DNA of 63,654 nucleotides, counting the filler, from Octopus bimaculoides (taxonomy: Eukaryota): NCBI RefSeq assembly GCF_001194135.2. It is 6 parts of 5 records of this genome, joined end to end, with 100 filler letters (N's around TTAATTAATTAA, not from the genome) between each part and the next. Parts side by side here need not be neighbours in the genome. Positions count along the whole stretch, not along the records: positions 1 to 17,963 come from NC_068981.1; 5 more parts are not named here. One strand, 5' to 3'. The position numbers and the translations under genes were made by a program. Under the pieces are notes generated by a model that made no database searches, was not told where the DNA came from, and was given only the letters and a program-made list of their open reading frames with translations. The number at the start of each line of letters is the position of its first letter. Position 1 is the first letter of the stretch. Positions 1 through 11,830 of the stretch are shown one piece after another.

Positions 1-409
1 ATTTTAATTTTGTGAGATTTTTTTCCAAATTTGTTCCTGTTGTGTTTTTAAATTCACCTGATGAATCCAGTAATGTGCACAACTCTTCTGTAGTAAAATT
101 TTGTTGTATACCCAATTGAATATTAGCTAATAACTCATTTTCTATAGCGATGTTTGAACAAAAATTTAAATAATTTTATATTTTGTTGAATTCACCTGTA
201 ATTAGAGTCACTTTGTGACAAAAATTATGGTATAGAATTGGTTGAGAACCTTTCGTTAAATTATCTTCCAAACATCACATTGATATGTTGATAAATAAAA
301 ATGTCTGAGTTGTTTAATGAAACCAGACTAAATTTATGATTATGTTAGAAATTAATTGAAACACATAAGGGGTGTATTTTGGTTAGAAATATGGTAATGA
401 AAGGGTTAA
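1..409. mobile_element. Right part of a piggyBac-like (TTAA) MITE, family P2; left end lies outside the window
   Basis: Ends GTAATGAAAGGG|TTAA (TTAA at 406-409), nearly the same terminus as the complete element at 18885-19105. Subterminal sequence is also similar (AATTAATTGAAA, ATCTTCCA). Confidence 0.65.
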
Positions 410-863
410 ACCTTTTAAAAAATTTAAATTTAAAAAAACAGTGAGAACTTAGTTGCCAACCTAATATTTCACTCTCCCTGTTATCGAGAAAAACCTTATA
501 CTTCAAGAAAGTAAGAGCCACACTAAATTAAAACTGAAAATACAATCAATAGTTCCCAATACTTTATCAAACAGCTCAACTAGTATACCCAGCATATAGA
601 AAAGGAAATTACACTCCTGTACAATGTTTCAAATGCTTTCTAGATACAATTGCCAGTTGCATTGACAGAGTTAAGTCTATAAGGATGATTTGCAAGTTAA
701 ATCATATTCAAGAGAGAGACAATGTATTCATAAAAACTGCTCTAAAATTCATTAAAACTGGAGATCCTTTCAAATACCTTGTGCTACTGTTTTAGAAGTG
801 ACTACTAAAAAACACACTATGTTGCTACAAATATGATACTAAAGGAACTGATGCTTAACATCT

Positions 864-1078
864 TTAACCCTTTAACATTTAAACTGGCTATATCCAGCCC
901 ATATATTCTACCTAATTTATCTTCAGACTGGCCAGATCCAGCCTCTAACACAAACCCTGCAATGTCATTCTAAAAATAAACACTCGTAACTTCAAAATTT
1001 CAAAGCTACAAGATTAATTCAAAAGAATGTGAATAAATGAGCATGACATTTGACAAAGTAATCTGAATGCTAAAGGAT
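864..1078 (+). mobile_element. piggyBac-like MITE, family P1
   Basis: Starts TTAA CCCTTTAACATT and ends in a degenerate AATGCTAAAGGATT. Internal sequence aligns by eye with the copies at 1774, 13924, 19116, 21046 and 27552. Confidence 0.75.
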
Positions 1079-1124
1079 TGGGCCACACAAATAAGATCAG
1101 GCAGGACAGAAACAAAAACTAAAA

Positions 1125-1172
1125 AGAGCAAATAGATACAGTGTATTTTAATACACTGTATCTATTTGCTCT
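1125..1172. repeat. Perfect 23-bp inverted repeat with a 2-nt loop
   Basis: AGAGCAAATAGATACAGTGTATT (1125-1147), TT, AATACACTGTATCTATTTGCTCT (1150-1172). Confidence 0.95.
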
Positions 1173-1773
1173 CTTTGGAGAGACTATCAATCAGGTAGAA
1201 ATGAAATTTATATGCAATGTTTAGTTTTTCAGAAATAAATGGTAAAAATTAACTGGAGAAAATGAAGCAATAATTTCTGAAGTTTACAATAAAGATTTAG
1301 CTTATGATGTAATAAAATACAAAATATAATAGTAACACCATCCCCACTTGTCCCTCTTCATCTCCTGCCACTTAACCATTTAAGACTGTGCCGCCTTATA
1401 TTTTCAAAATACTAACTTATGGTAATGACTTTCCTCATGCTATCTCATAATAATAGTAACTGTCACTCATGAGTATGATTTGATAGCATGAAACATGTAT
1501 TCACCAACTGTATTATGTGGCTATGTAGTTTCAAGAAGACACAGACACCCTCTCAAACCTCCTACTCTGGATCCAATGCAACAGTAAGGATGTGATAGCT
1601 GGGAGGAGAAAGGACTGCACTAGCACTCTGCTGGTAATCATTTCCAGCCAAGCTGGAGCAATGAGAAATGAAGTGCCTTTTCTAGCACTCAAACCCCAAA
1701 CCACATGATCATGGGCCAAATACTTTAATCAGTAAGTTACACACCTTCACATTACAAAAGCATCTATTAAACT

Positions 1774-1996
1774 TTACCCTTTAGCATTTAAACCGATCAT
1801 ATCCAGTCAAAATAGTCTACTTGTTTTATGTTCAAATTAGCCTGATCCAGCCTCTTACAGCTACTCTACAATGTCATTCTAGAACTAAAACACATCATTG
1901 AAAATCAAAGCTTTGTGACAATGCATGATTAATTCAAGACAATGTGAAGAAATAAGCATTACATGTGATAGAGTAATCTGAATGCAAAAGGGTTAA
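1774..1996 (+). mobile_element. piggyBac-like MITE, family P1
   Basis: TTACCCTTTAGCATTT ... AATGCAAAAGGG|TTAA termini; body matches 864-1078. Confidence 0.75.
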
Positions 1997-2889
1997 GGTC
2001 TTATTTCATATTTCATGATTCTTCATGCCTTAATGACAAGTCAGAACATCATCACCATTTTAACATCCACTTTTCCATGCTTTCATTTTACCTAATTTAT
2101 CTTCAGACAGAATTCACTGAGGTAGATTTTCTATGGTTGAAAACACTTCTTGTTGCCACCGCTAATTTGTTTCTAAGCAAGGTAATATTTCCCCATGATT
2201 GGACATGTTTCCATAGAAGATTGGAAAATGATCTACTCAAGTGACAGTAACACTTGTCTAGAACAATCATGCAATGCCTTGATAAGGAGGTTACAAATGT
2301 ATCAACATTTAACATCCATCCTCCAAACTAGCATGGACTGAATAGTTTGACGGGATCCAACAAGCCCAAGGATTGCATCATGCTTCAATATCTGCTTTAC
2401 GGCACATACTGAGTATTCTTTTCTTTTTTTGTGGCACTGACAGGTGAGGTTACCATGCAACTCACAAGACTAAGATCCCCTTCAAATGAGTACAGTTATA
2501 ATAAGGAGGGGTTAAAATACAAGAAAAGGGAACAGAAAAGAAAAGTTTCCCAAAATGCATGAGTGATTCTCAACCAGGGTCCTATAAGATTTTTGGGGAT
2601 CTACACTAGCAAAATAGTAAACTGGGAATCTACAATAGTATATTGCTTCACTGTCATCAATACCACAAAAAGCAACTTTCACAAAAGAATGAGAATGACA
2701 CTACAATAGATTTCCTGAAGGATTCTAATACAAATTATCATCTTAATGTTCCTGGTTACTAAGATTCCCTATACATTTAGATTTCAAGAGTAATGTAAAC
2801 GCATGTTTCCCACTGAAATACAAGCGTTTGAAGCTGACAAAAATGTGAAGGAAAAAAAGAAGACTTCTTATGCATGAAGCTCAATAAAT

Positions 2890-3290
2890 ATAAACAGCAT
2901 CCATGTGGTCGCTCGAACGTCTAAAAGAAGCAGATGAATCCCGCTCAGAATTACACCCTACAATCTTGAAAGCGAAGGGACGCATTGGATAATGCAGTCC
3001 TAAATTTACAATGATATACAATGCCAGAGGAAGCAGGATAGTTATAGGTGTACTTGTTCGTTTAGAACTGACCAGCGGTTAAGCAACACTCTGCCCACAA
3101 TCCAACTAGGGCGCCTCTACGTTGTCATTCGACTTGTTACGCTACAAAAGGCAAACAAACGTCTTTTAAATCTAACCCTACCAGAGTAGACAATGTACCT
3201 TGATACTCAAAAGAACGGTTGTGTTCACAGCTGAAACATCTTTTCACCATACGTCCGTGCCATCAGGGCTGACATAAAACAAACCATGAA
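2890..3290. repeat. Unclassified dispersed repeat (related copy at about 26510-26640)
   Basis: Shared blocks ACACCCTACAATCTT / GGATAATGCAGTCCTAAA versus ACACTAGCATCTT / GGATGGTGTAGTCCTAAA. Confidence 0.45.
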
Positions 3291-3592
3291 CTTGGCCATT
3301 CTTAAAAGTTATATTAAGTTGTTTACTGGAAACAGAGCCTCGTGAAAACGAAACGAATTGTCATGGTCTGCTTTCATAATGGAAAGTGACACTCAATGAA
3401 ATATTGGCGGGGGTATGCATTTGTGGCATGACACGGGAAAAGAGTGGGGCAGCCCAAAAGATCTATAGCAGCAGAAAAAAATAAGTTGCAGATCACTTAA
3501 GCCTGCACTAAAATTAGCGGGCGTTAAACCGATATCTACAAGCAGCATGGTTACAGAAATGCGGTTAAACCCAATAGATATACATGAAAAAT

Positions 3593-3607
3593 AATAAAAT
3601 TGCAATG

Positions 3608-3642
<35 letters not shown>
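3593..3642 (+). other. AATAAA followed 9 nt later by a 35-nt poly(A) tract (possible retroposed 3' end)
   Basis: AATAAA at 3593-3598, pure A tract at 3608-3642. No convincing TSD found. Confidence 0.45.
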
Positions 3643-3644
<2 letters not shown>

Positions 3645-5319
3645 AACTGACTTAGCTTCAAATTATGAGAGGAACGGGTACTTAAAGGTTTGAAATGTTT
3701 TCAGTGGACAATTAAATTTTTTTTTTTTTTTAATTCTAAATAATCTGTTGTCATTGATTGCTTATATTTTAGAAGTTGTCTATATAATAAAAAAAAAATT
3801 GCTAAATCAAAATTCGAACTTACTAATTAATGTTATTATTGATTGAAACATTTATTGTCCTGAATGAAATTTGAAAATAGACAAAAGAGAAAGAGCAAAG
3901 ATTGATCAGTGCAGTTTACAGCACAACCGAACAGAGAAATGTCATCGAGCTGACTGGACAAGTAATTCGAATGGGTGTATGAAAATACTTTGTTAAACTT
4001 GATCAATGATCAAACAAAAAAATCATACATGTTCAAATAATATTTTATATATATATATATGAATACAATCATTAAGATAAGCACTTTTCAAATAGCTTTT
4101 TCGGTTTTGTGTTAGTGTTTCTATAGTATTCTTTTTTTTTTTAGGGGCTGTAATTAACCGGCTTATTTTGTATTCGTGATTTCTAGATAATTAAATTTAG
4201 ATTTCTTTTTATTTTAAACATACAGCCCGCCTATTCGAAAATGGTTATGAAGTCTGGCTCAAAAGCTATTTAAAAAAAACACTTAGGAGACACGTGCTAC
4301 ATTGCACAAGATCGGAGAAAAACCGACACAATTGTTGTATAAATTCGTGACAGCAGAACATACTGACACAAACGCACTCTATACATATACATTCATATAT
4401 ATTTAAAAACGAAAACTACAAATAACTTCATTTGTTTCATTTTTAAAAAATTGTCTAAAATGAAACAAATCCGCTATTTGTACAAAGTCTCCCATATATA
4501 TATATATTGAACAGTGTATTCAACACCTGCGATAAGAAACGACTTTACCCAGGAAAAACACACCGGTCGGTATAAAGAGGGCATATAATTCACCGATTTC
4601 CGACAAGCTTCAACTACAACATTTTTTCAGAGTTTTCTTCAATTTTGAACATCTTATGGCCTAAGTATATATGTACGATATATAAACAATGTCGTAAAAT
4701 ATTTAAAGCTTATTATTTATTATTAATATTGCAAGAACCACTAGAAATATAATTTTTTTTTTACGTGTATTTTTCGTAGGTGTCTATGTTAATAGAAATA
4801 TATATATATATATTAAAAAAGACAAATAGTTAATCGATGAAATATTTATGTAAATGTGTTGTTTTTTTTTGTGTGTGTGTGTGTGTGTGTTTGCTTCACA
4901 AAGTAATAAAACATTTGGCTTCAACGACATTGAGAAAGAAATAGAGAAATATCCATAATAGTAACATATAAATGTAGGAAGACAAAAGAGCTAATACAGT
5001 TTCTTCCAAGTAAAGCCTGCTTTCATAATCTTAACGAACATTGACGCCAAGAGAGAGGACGAAGGAGGGAGAGACGGAAACACCGGGTGTTATAAAGGAT
5101 CAAACAAACAAGCAAAAACAGCCACATTTCTCGCAAGTGATATTAATAACTTGTATTGTTTAAGGCTTAGAAAAGGAGGGTTTTTAAACAATACATCATT
5201 ACGTAAGAGAAATTCAAACATTCAAAATGGTTCGATATTATATATATTTTTTTATATATATACGATAGATAGATAGATATAAATGACTACAAAAAAAGGA
5301 AGTAACTCGTATAACTTAC

Positions 5320-5325
5320 CGCCAT
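5320..5325 (-). CDS. Putative first coding exon (Met-Ala) of an unidentified host gene transcribed leftwards; 5' UTR probably about 5400-5326
   Basis: Minus strand reads ...CCCCATA ATG GCG|GTAAGTTA: A at -3, G at +4, consensus donor at 5319-5314, in CpG-rich unique sequence. Downstream exons were not identified. Confidence 0.55.
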
Positions 5326-5329
5326 TATG

Positions 5330-5800
5330 GGGACGACTACAAATCTAGCGCCAGCTAGTGAATCAGGGGGAGACAACCGTAACACCGGATATGATAAGAA
5401 CTCTTCTTACATTTCCAAACACACAGAATGAGATTCATTAATTCCTTTTTTTTTTTTTTGTGAAACCCGATGTGTATTTTACGTAATTGTTTAGTTTATA
5501 TTTTAAAGATAGTTATAGATTTCTCTGTGTAGATGGTTGTATGTTGTTTATTATTTACCTTTTCAATTAAAAAAAAATATGTATTAGAAAGAGAGTTGTA
5601 ATGTCCAATGTCATAAAAGTGTTAGTCAAACGAATTAGCTTCGCATGAGCTTTAAAACGAGTTGCCGCCTTGACTTCCCCGGAAGTTTACGTCTCGGTGT
5701 ACGGTGTTCACATAAGAAATATGCAGTGTTAAGAACGACTCGGGTATTAAAAATGGGTAAAATACCGGCGTAATTAGCTATGTTTTCAATCATTCTCAGT
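5330..5800. promoter_or_regulatory. CpG-rich candidate (bidirectional) promoter with a palindromic double ETS/GABP-type site
   Basis: ACTTCCCCGGAAGT at 5673-5686 (two inverted GGAAGT cores). High CpG content. A plus-strand AAAATGG|GTAAAA at 5753-5758 could be a divergent first exon. Confidence 0.5.
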
Positions 5801-6719
5801 TCGGTAAAACAATTAACAGGATATAGCGCTTTCTTTTGTAGAATAGGTTCATCCATTACTTCTACTTGACAACATATTCAAAAACAAAGCAAGTTTTGTG
5901 AGAATATGAAAAGAATATAATACGTTAATTGTTGTATTTGGGGACGGTAATGTTGCCAGTTTAGCCAATAAAAACACGCAGTGTATATTTGGTGTTAATT
6001 TGCTTCAGCTTTATATTACATTATGTTATATTTTAGATGTAAAACACCAAGCGCAAGTAAACCCTGCTATTGTGAAATAAAGAGGTTCCCGACATATTTC
6101 ACCATAAGTATGCTAGTTTAAAGAAGTTAAACGGCTCCCTCCCTTTCAACATATATTTGTTTGTGTTCTGTTAAGTTAACATTAGTAATAAGTGATTTCT
6201 CATATTTTACAATGGATTGTTTTTGTTTCTTTTTCTACTGTGACAATGTTTATGAAGAATAGGTGTAACATTAGCAGAAAAATAGATTTGCTGCATTTCT
6301 CAGTGGAATGGTTTTCTCCTAGTTACCCTTTCATTATAGTCATTTCTTACGATTGACAGTTACAACATTACCGTACTGGGTCTCAGAATTTGCTTTTGTC
6401 AACTCTTTAACAATAATATGTTAATTCATTTCCAGATTTCTCTTACTCTAATTAGGCTTCTTGGCGTTACAGAACTTAACTATAATTAATTTTCATTAGA
6501 TCAGTGATTCCTAACGTGGAACCTGGGAAAATTGTGGTAGGGCATGGGATCCATTTTTTTTTTCTTTTTAGTGGGATATGGAATTGTAAAAAAAATTTTC
6601 ACAGCAAACATACACTTATACTCTGCCTAGCCAAACCAATCCCTCCAGCCAAGCATATTGTGTGAAGATTGTTTGTTACAGTATAGCGTGATTCAAATGC
6701 CCTAATGTGGATATTCATT

Positions 6720-8754
6720 TATAGGAAAGATGGTTAGACATCATTAGATGTATACCTGACTTTCCTATATAATATTAAGAATTAACGGAACGCTGAACTC
6801 CAGACTATCAACACAAACAACATTTATTTAAGGTGGAATATATATACATCTTTAGCTCTTGTTTGTTGTTACAGCTTCTGTGTGTGTGAGCATGGTTGTT
6901 GGTATGTAGATGTAAGCGAGCTGTCGAGCGGAAGTTCGAAAGATGGAGAGAGACAGCTAAACACGTCCTTGCTCAATCGCTGGCCAGCAAGAAAGAGACA
7001 GAATGAAGCGGGAAAGCTTGGTTGTTGAATTCCACGCATGCGTGAGACTACGCATGCGCACAGCGTTACTACAGGGCTCCCTTGCCAGTGCGGAACGCAC
7101 GATAATATAAAATAAAATTCTGTTGGNNNNNNNNNNNNNNNNNNNNNNNNNNNNNNNNNNNNNNNNNNNNNNNNNNNNNNNNNNNNNNNNNNNNNNNNNN
7201 NNNNNNNNNNNNNNNNNNNNNNNNNNNNNNNNNNNNNNNNNNNNNNNNNNNNNNNNNNNNNNNNNNNNNNNNNNNNNNNNNNNNNNNNNNNNNNNNNNNN
7301 NNNNNNNNNNNNNNNNNNNNNNNNNNNNNNNNNNNNNNNNNNNNNNACAAGATGTAGCACAAACACACACAAAGAAAAATGAAAGAAATGAATGTGCACT
7401 CGTGAGATACATGCATGCAATGTACAAATTGAAGGAATGAAAGAAAAACATGCAATATGGGCAGTAAATGCCACCTAGTAAAAAACAAATGAGACAATGA
7501 TTAAACAAATCGTGATGACTCCTGTCCAGGAACTGGAATCACGGAATGTGAAAGTCTGAGTGTTTGGTTTTACTGAAAGGAAAGAAAATGTATGAGTGCA
7601 CAAGTGTGTGTGTGAGAAAAAACACAGAACATATTAAAGTGTCTGTAGAGACAAAANNNNNNNNNNNNNNNNNNNNNNNNNNNNNNNNNNNNNNNNNNNN
7701 NNNNNNNNNNNNNNNNNNNNNNNNNNNNNNNNNNNNNNNNNNNNNNNNNNNNNNNNNNNNNNNNNNNNNNNNNNNNNNNNNNNNNNNNNNNNNNNNNNNN
7801 NNNNNNNNNNNNNNNNNNNNNNNNNNNNNNNNNNNNNNNNNNNNNNNNNNNNNNNNNNNNNNNNNNNNNNNNNNNNNNNNNNNNNNNNNNNNNNNNNNNN
7901 NNNNNNNNNNNNNNNNNNNNNNNNNNNNNNNNTGTATGTGAGAGAGTGAATGCGACATATAAGAACATAATAAAAGACTATATGTATGTGAGATATCACA
8001 GCAGATAGAAAGTCAGTACACGTGAGAGTTTTATACCAAGTTCTTGAGTACACAATTGAAAGTATCGCAGGCTGTAATTCTTGTCTGTTTATTATCGTGG
8101 TGAAGCTAAGTCACCTAACAGAATCGAAGAGAGAGATTTGCCGCGGTGGTTTAGTTTGGTGTACATAGTAAGTCGTGTTGACTATGGTTGGAGATGCTGG
8201 TGGTCATCGTTGCTTGGTAGTTCAGTCTCCATGGCCGCATTTGTTCTTTAGTCGGGTTCACCAGTTATAGGTTGGTAGTCCTGAATCCATGCTGCGTTTG
8301 TTTCACGTCGGGGTCACCACTTTATACGAAAGTGGGTTATACATCATTAGATGTATCCCTGACTTTCCTATATAAAATTAAGAATATAACGGAACGCTGA
8401 ACTCCAGACTATCAACACAAACAACATTTATTTAAGGTGGAATNNNNNNNNNNTATAACGGAACGCTGAACTCCAGACTATCAACACAAACAACATTTAT
8501 TTAAGGTGGAATATATATACATCTTTAGCTCTTGTTTGTTGTTACAGCTTCTGTGTGTGTGAGCATGGTTATTGGGACGTTGGTATGTAGATGTAAGCGA
8601 GCTGTCGAGCGGAAGTTCGAAAGATGGAGAGAGACAGCTAAACACGTCCTTGCTCAATCGCTGGCCAGCAAGAAAGAGACAGAATGAAGCGGGAAAGCTT
8701 GGTTGTTGAATTCCACGCATGCGTGAGACTACGCATGCGCACAGCGTTACTACA
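6720..8754 (-). mobile_element. Non-autonomous LTR retrotransposon (TRIM/LARD-like) with two LTRs and a tRNA-Trp PBS
   Basis: Near-identical direct repeats at 6720-7073 and 8323-8754 (the second is inflated by a 10-N gap overlap). Minus-strand LTR starts TGTAGT. PBS TGGTGACCCCGACGTGA (8319-8303) lies 3 nt inside the right LTR. Weak purine tract (AAGGGAG) precedes the left LTR. Imperfect TSD CATT/CCTT. No gag/pol ORF in the visible internal part. Confidence 0.85.
8303..8319 (-). other. Primer-binding site complementary to the tRNA-Trp 3' end
   Basis: Plus strand TCACGTCGGGGTCACCA equals the conserved 3' 17 nt of eukaryotic tRNA-Trp including CCA. Confidence 0.9.
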
Positions 8755-8929
8755 CCTTTAAGGAAAGTATATAATTATAAAATATTAAAAATAAAGTTTT
8801 TTCATATCACCTGTGGGGCATACATCTTTCTGAAAAGTTATAGTGGGGTCTGGGGTAAAATAGATTGGGAAACACTGCACTAGAACATCATCATTATCAT
8901 TTTCTATGTTAGCATGAGTTGGACAGTTT

Positions 8930-9720
8930 GAACGAACCCAATGAACCACGGCTACATTGTGTTCCATGTCAGATTTGTCATGGTTGCTACAGTTGGATGC
9001 CCTTCCTAATGCCAACCACTTTACAGAGTGTAGACGGTCTTTTTTTTTTATACCACCAGCTGAATCAAATTTCGTCAGGCCCCCTGACTTTCCTTGCTCC
9101 TGGAGTGGTTGTTCCTAAGCAACATACTGTTTCAATTTGAACAACAATAAGCCCTTGTAGCTTTGTACAAATGTAAGAAATAAATATTTAAACAAGCCAA
9201 CAAAAGAGCTTTCATACAGTTGCTCATCTCCTCAAGCACTAGACAACCAATCCCTACATCATCATCATCAACATTTAATGTCCATTTTCCATGTTGGCAT
9301 TGATTGGATGGCTTGACAAGAACTGGCAAGGCCAGAGACCACACCAGATTCCATAGTCTGTTTTGGTTTGATTTCTACAGCTGGATGCCCTTCCTAATGC
9401 TAATCCCTTTACAGAGTGTACTGGGTGCTTTTTATGTGGCCCATCATCAATAGCACCTTGGTTTTAAAATCTCAATTCTGTTGTCGTGGGTGGGTCTTCT
9501 CAAGTACAGCAATGCATCACATATCTTGGTCATCTGTGATCTCTTTCATAAGGGTCTGAATTTTGAGATTGACCTTCATACTTCATCCCATGTCTTCCTG
9601 GGTCTCCCTCTTCCACAACTTCCCTCCACTCTAAGTGATCGACACTTCTTTATGCAACTGTCCTCATCCATCCACATCACATGACCAAACCAGTGCAGTC
9701 TCCTTTCTTGCACACTGCAT
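8930..9720 (-). mobile_element. Cluster of decayed RTE-LINE 3'-end fragments
   Basis: CATCATCATC...TTTAATGTCCATTTTCCATG and CTACAGCTGGATGCCCTTCCTAA motifs, reverse complement of the 3' UTR at 16895-17127. Confidence 0.7.
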
Positions 9721-9789
9721 ACAATTCCTCTTATTCCCAGCTTCTCTCTCAATACACCAATGCTTTATTGCACATGCACAAAAGGAAGG

Positions 9790-11820
9790 AATACATACAT
9801 GTACTGCAGAAATTGATTCTCAAAGCAGTGTGCCCCAGAACAAAATTGTATACCATAACTGTAATGGCAACTGAAGTCACACAGAAATTTGGCCAGCTTC
9901 TTTCATGCAATACATCTTTTCAAGGAGGGTTGGCCAGAGGTTACTCAAGAACAATGAACCATTTTGAGTGCAAACCAATTGCTTAAAATATACATTACTA
10001 AGATATTGCTCTGGATCTTGTTGATGTCAACAAACTGGAGCAATATATCAGTGTATTACTTTTGGGTAACTTCAGCTTCTTCAATGTGGGATGACTTTTA
10101 GAAATGACATACTACCAACAAGCACAGGTGGAGTCTCTGCTCAATCTTATCAATGCTTTATTTATGGAGCAAATTGTGCTCCAATCAGCCAAGGCAAATA
10201 TACTGGACCTTTGCTTCACAAACACATTCATAATGTAAAAGTGACACCGGCACTAAACTTGTATCACAACATGAGAGAGCTGTCTATGTACAGACCAAAA
10301 GCACCTGCAGACATACAGTCAATATGAAGCACCCAAAATTTTTCCAGTCTGAACTGTCATAAGGCAAACTCAAAATTGATTGAAAAAGAGATCCTCAAAC
10401 AGGAGTGTCCTAAATATCTCTACACAAGACATTGACATTAAGCTCAAGCATTTCATGTCCATAATGCAAGCCATATGCAACAAATCTGTCCTAGAGCACA
10501 AGGTCAACACATGAAAGAATGAGATCCCTAGGAAGAGGAAAATTCTTATGAAATAATAGACAAAGATTGCAAACTGCCTAAACAAATATCTCAAAAGTAG
10601 TAAAAAATCCTGCCTCAAAACCATACTGTTGGAGATTAAGAAAATCTTGCAGCAATCCCATGAAAAAGAGAAAGCAGACAAGGAGGCCTGGATTATAAAA
10701 CATGAAGTCAAATCCTAAAGCTTTCTTTAACTTTGCCTAAGAAATGGTCAGTGCACTACAAGATAGGGCTCCTCTTCAAAAAGGATGGCTCCTTCACTGG
10801 AAGTCCAATAAGGATTACTGAAATACTGAATGAACAGTTCAAAAGTGTTTTCACAACCCTTTGGGACGCAGCAATACAGTAAGTGAGCAAAGCAGCAGAG
10901 TTCTTTGCCACTTCACCTATAACCAGGGTTATACATTGATTACATTGACATTAAAGAAGATGTAATACTGCTCATAGGTGAGGGAGACACAAATTCAGTG
11001 GCTGGCCCTGGATTCCTTGAAATCCTTCTCAAATCATGCAAACATACCCTTGCAAAACCACTGCAGCTTCTTTTTCATAGCTTTCTTGCAAGTGGTAAGC
11101 TCCCAGGCAAATTGAAGGAGGGAATGATATGCTCTATCCACAAAGGAGGAAGCAGAACAGATGTTAAAAATTATAGGCATATTTCTTTGACCTCACATAT
11201 CAGCAAAATCATGGAATGAATAGTCTGAAGGCAACTAGTTGTGTTCCTTGAAGAGAATGACTTACTGATTGACAACTTGCATGGTTATCAACCAGGTAGA
11301 AGCTGCCTGACACAGTTCTTACAGCACTACGACTGGGTGTTAAAGCAGCTGCTCGGTAACTCAAATATGGACATGATATATCTTAACTTAACAAAAGCCT
11401 TTAATAAGGCTGACCAGGGTATGAAATGTCACAAGCTGCATGATTTTGGCATAGTTAGAAAACTTGGAGAGTAACCAAATAACTTTTTGCAAAATAGAAG
11501 TCAGGCAGTAGTGACCAATGGAGTCACCTCCAAGGAAACACAATTAGTGAGTAGTATTCCACAGGGCACCATATTAAGGCCACAGCTACTTATATTGGTC
11601 CTCTCAGATATGCCCTGTGCTTTTAGCACACAAAGCTGAATGAAATGCCAACAGGATATACTGGCCCAGGAGAAACTGCAGTTCCTGAATCAAAATCAGT
11701 GCACAACCTGAGCATTGACGTAAGTAATGATGTGTACTTTCAGGTGCACATTACTAAGTTGGCAATAATGCAAAGAGTTAGCTGAATGGATCCTCCAAAA
11801 TTTCAGAACAAGAAACCATG
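9790..11820 (+). mobile_element. Degenerate CR1/Jockey-group LINE ORF2 (endonuclease to reverse transcriptase)
   Basis: RT motifs in broken frames: GPGFLEILLKSCKHTLAKPL...IHKGGSRTDVKNYRHISLTSHISKIME; LHGYQPGRSCLTQFL...IYLNLTKAFNKAD; SIPQGTIL (PQG at 11559-11567). Stops and frameshifts present. Confidence 0.9.
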
Positions 11821-11830
11821 ATATGTCCTG

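Noticed and set aside
600-795. Stop-free plus frame KGNYTPVQCFKC...
   Set aside because: No start or splice context and no recognisable domain; compatible with chance.
4545-4655. Minus-strand exon 2 candidate (CTTAG|GCCATAAG...CCTGG|GTAAAG)
   Set aside because: The frame continuing from ATG GCG hits TGA, and the other two frames also stop.
8386-8512. Apparent internal tandem duplication in the right LTR (similar overlap at 35873-35937)
   Set aside because: Identical sequence on both sides of a 10-N gap indicates an unmerged contig overlap.
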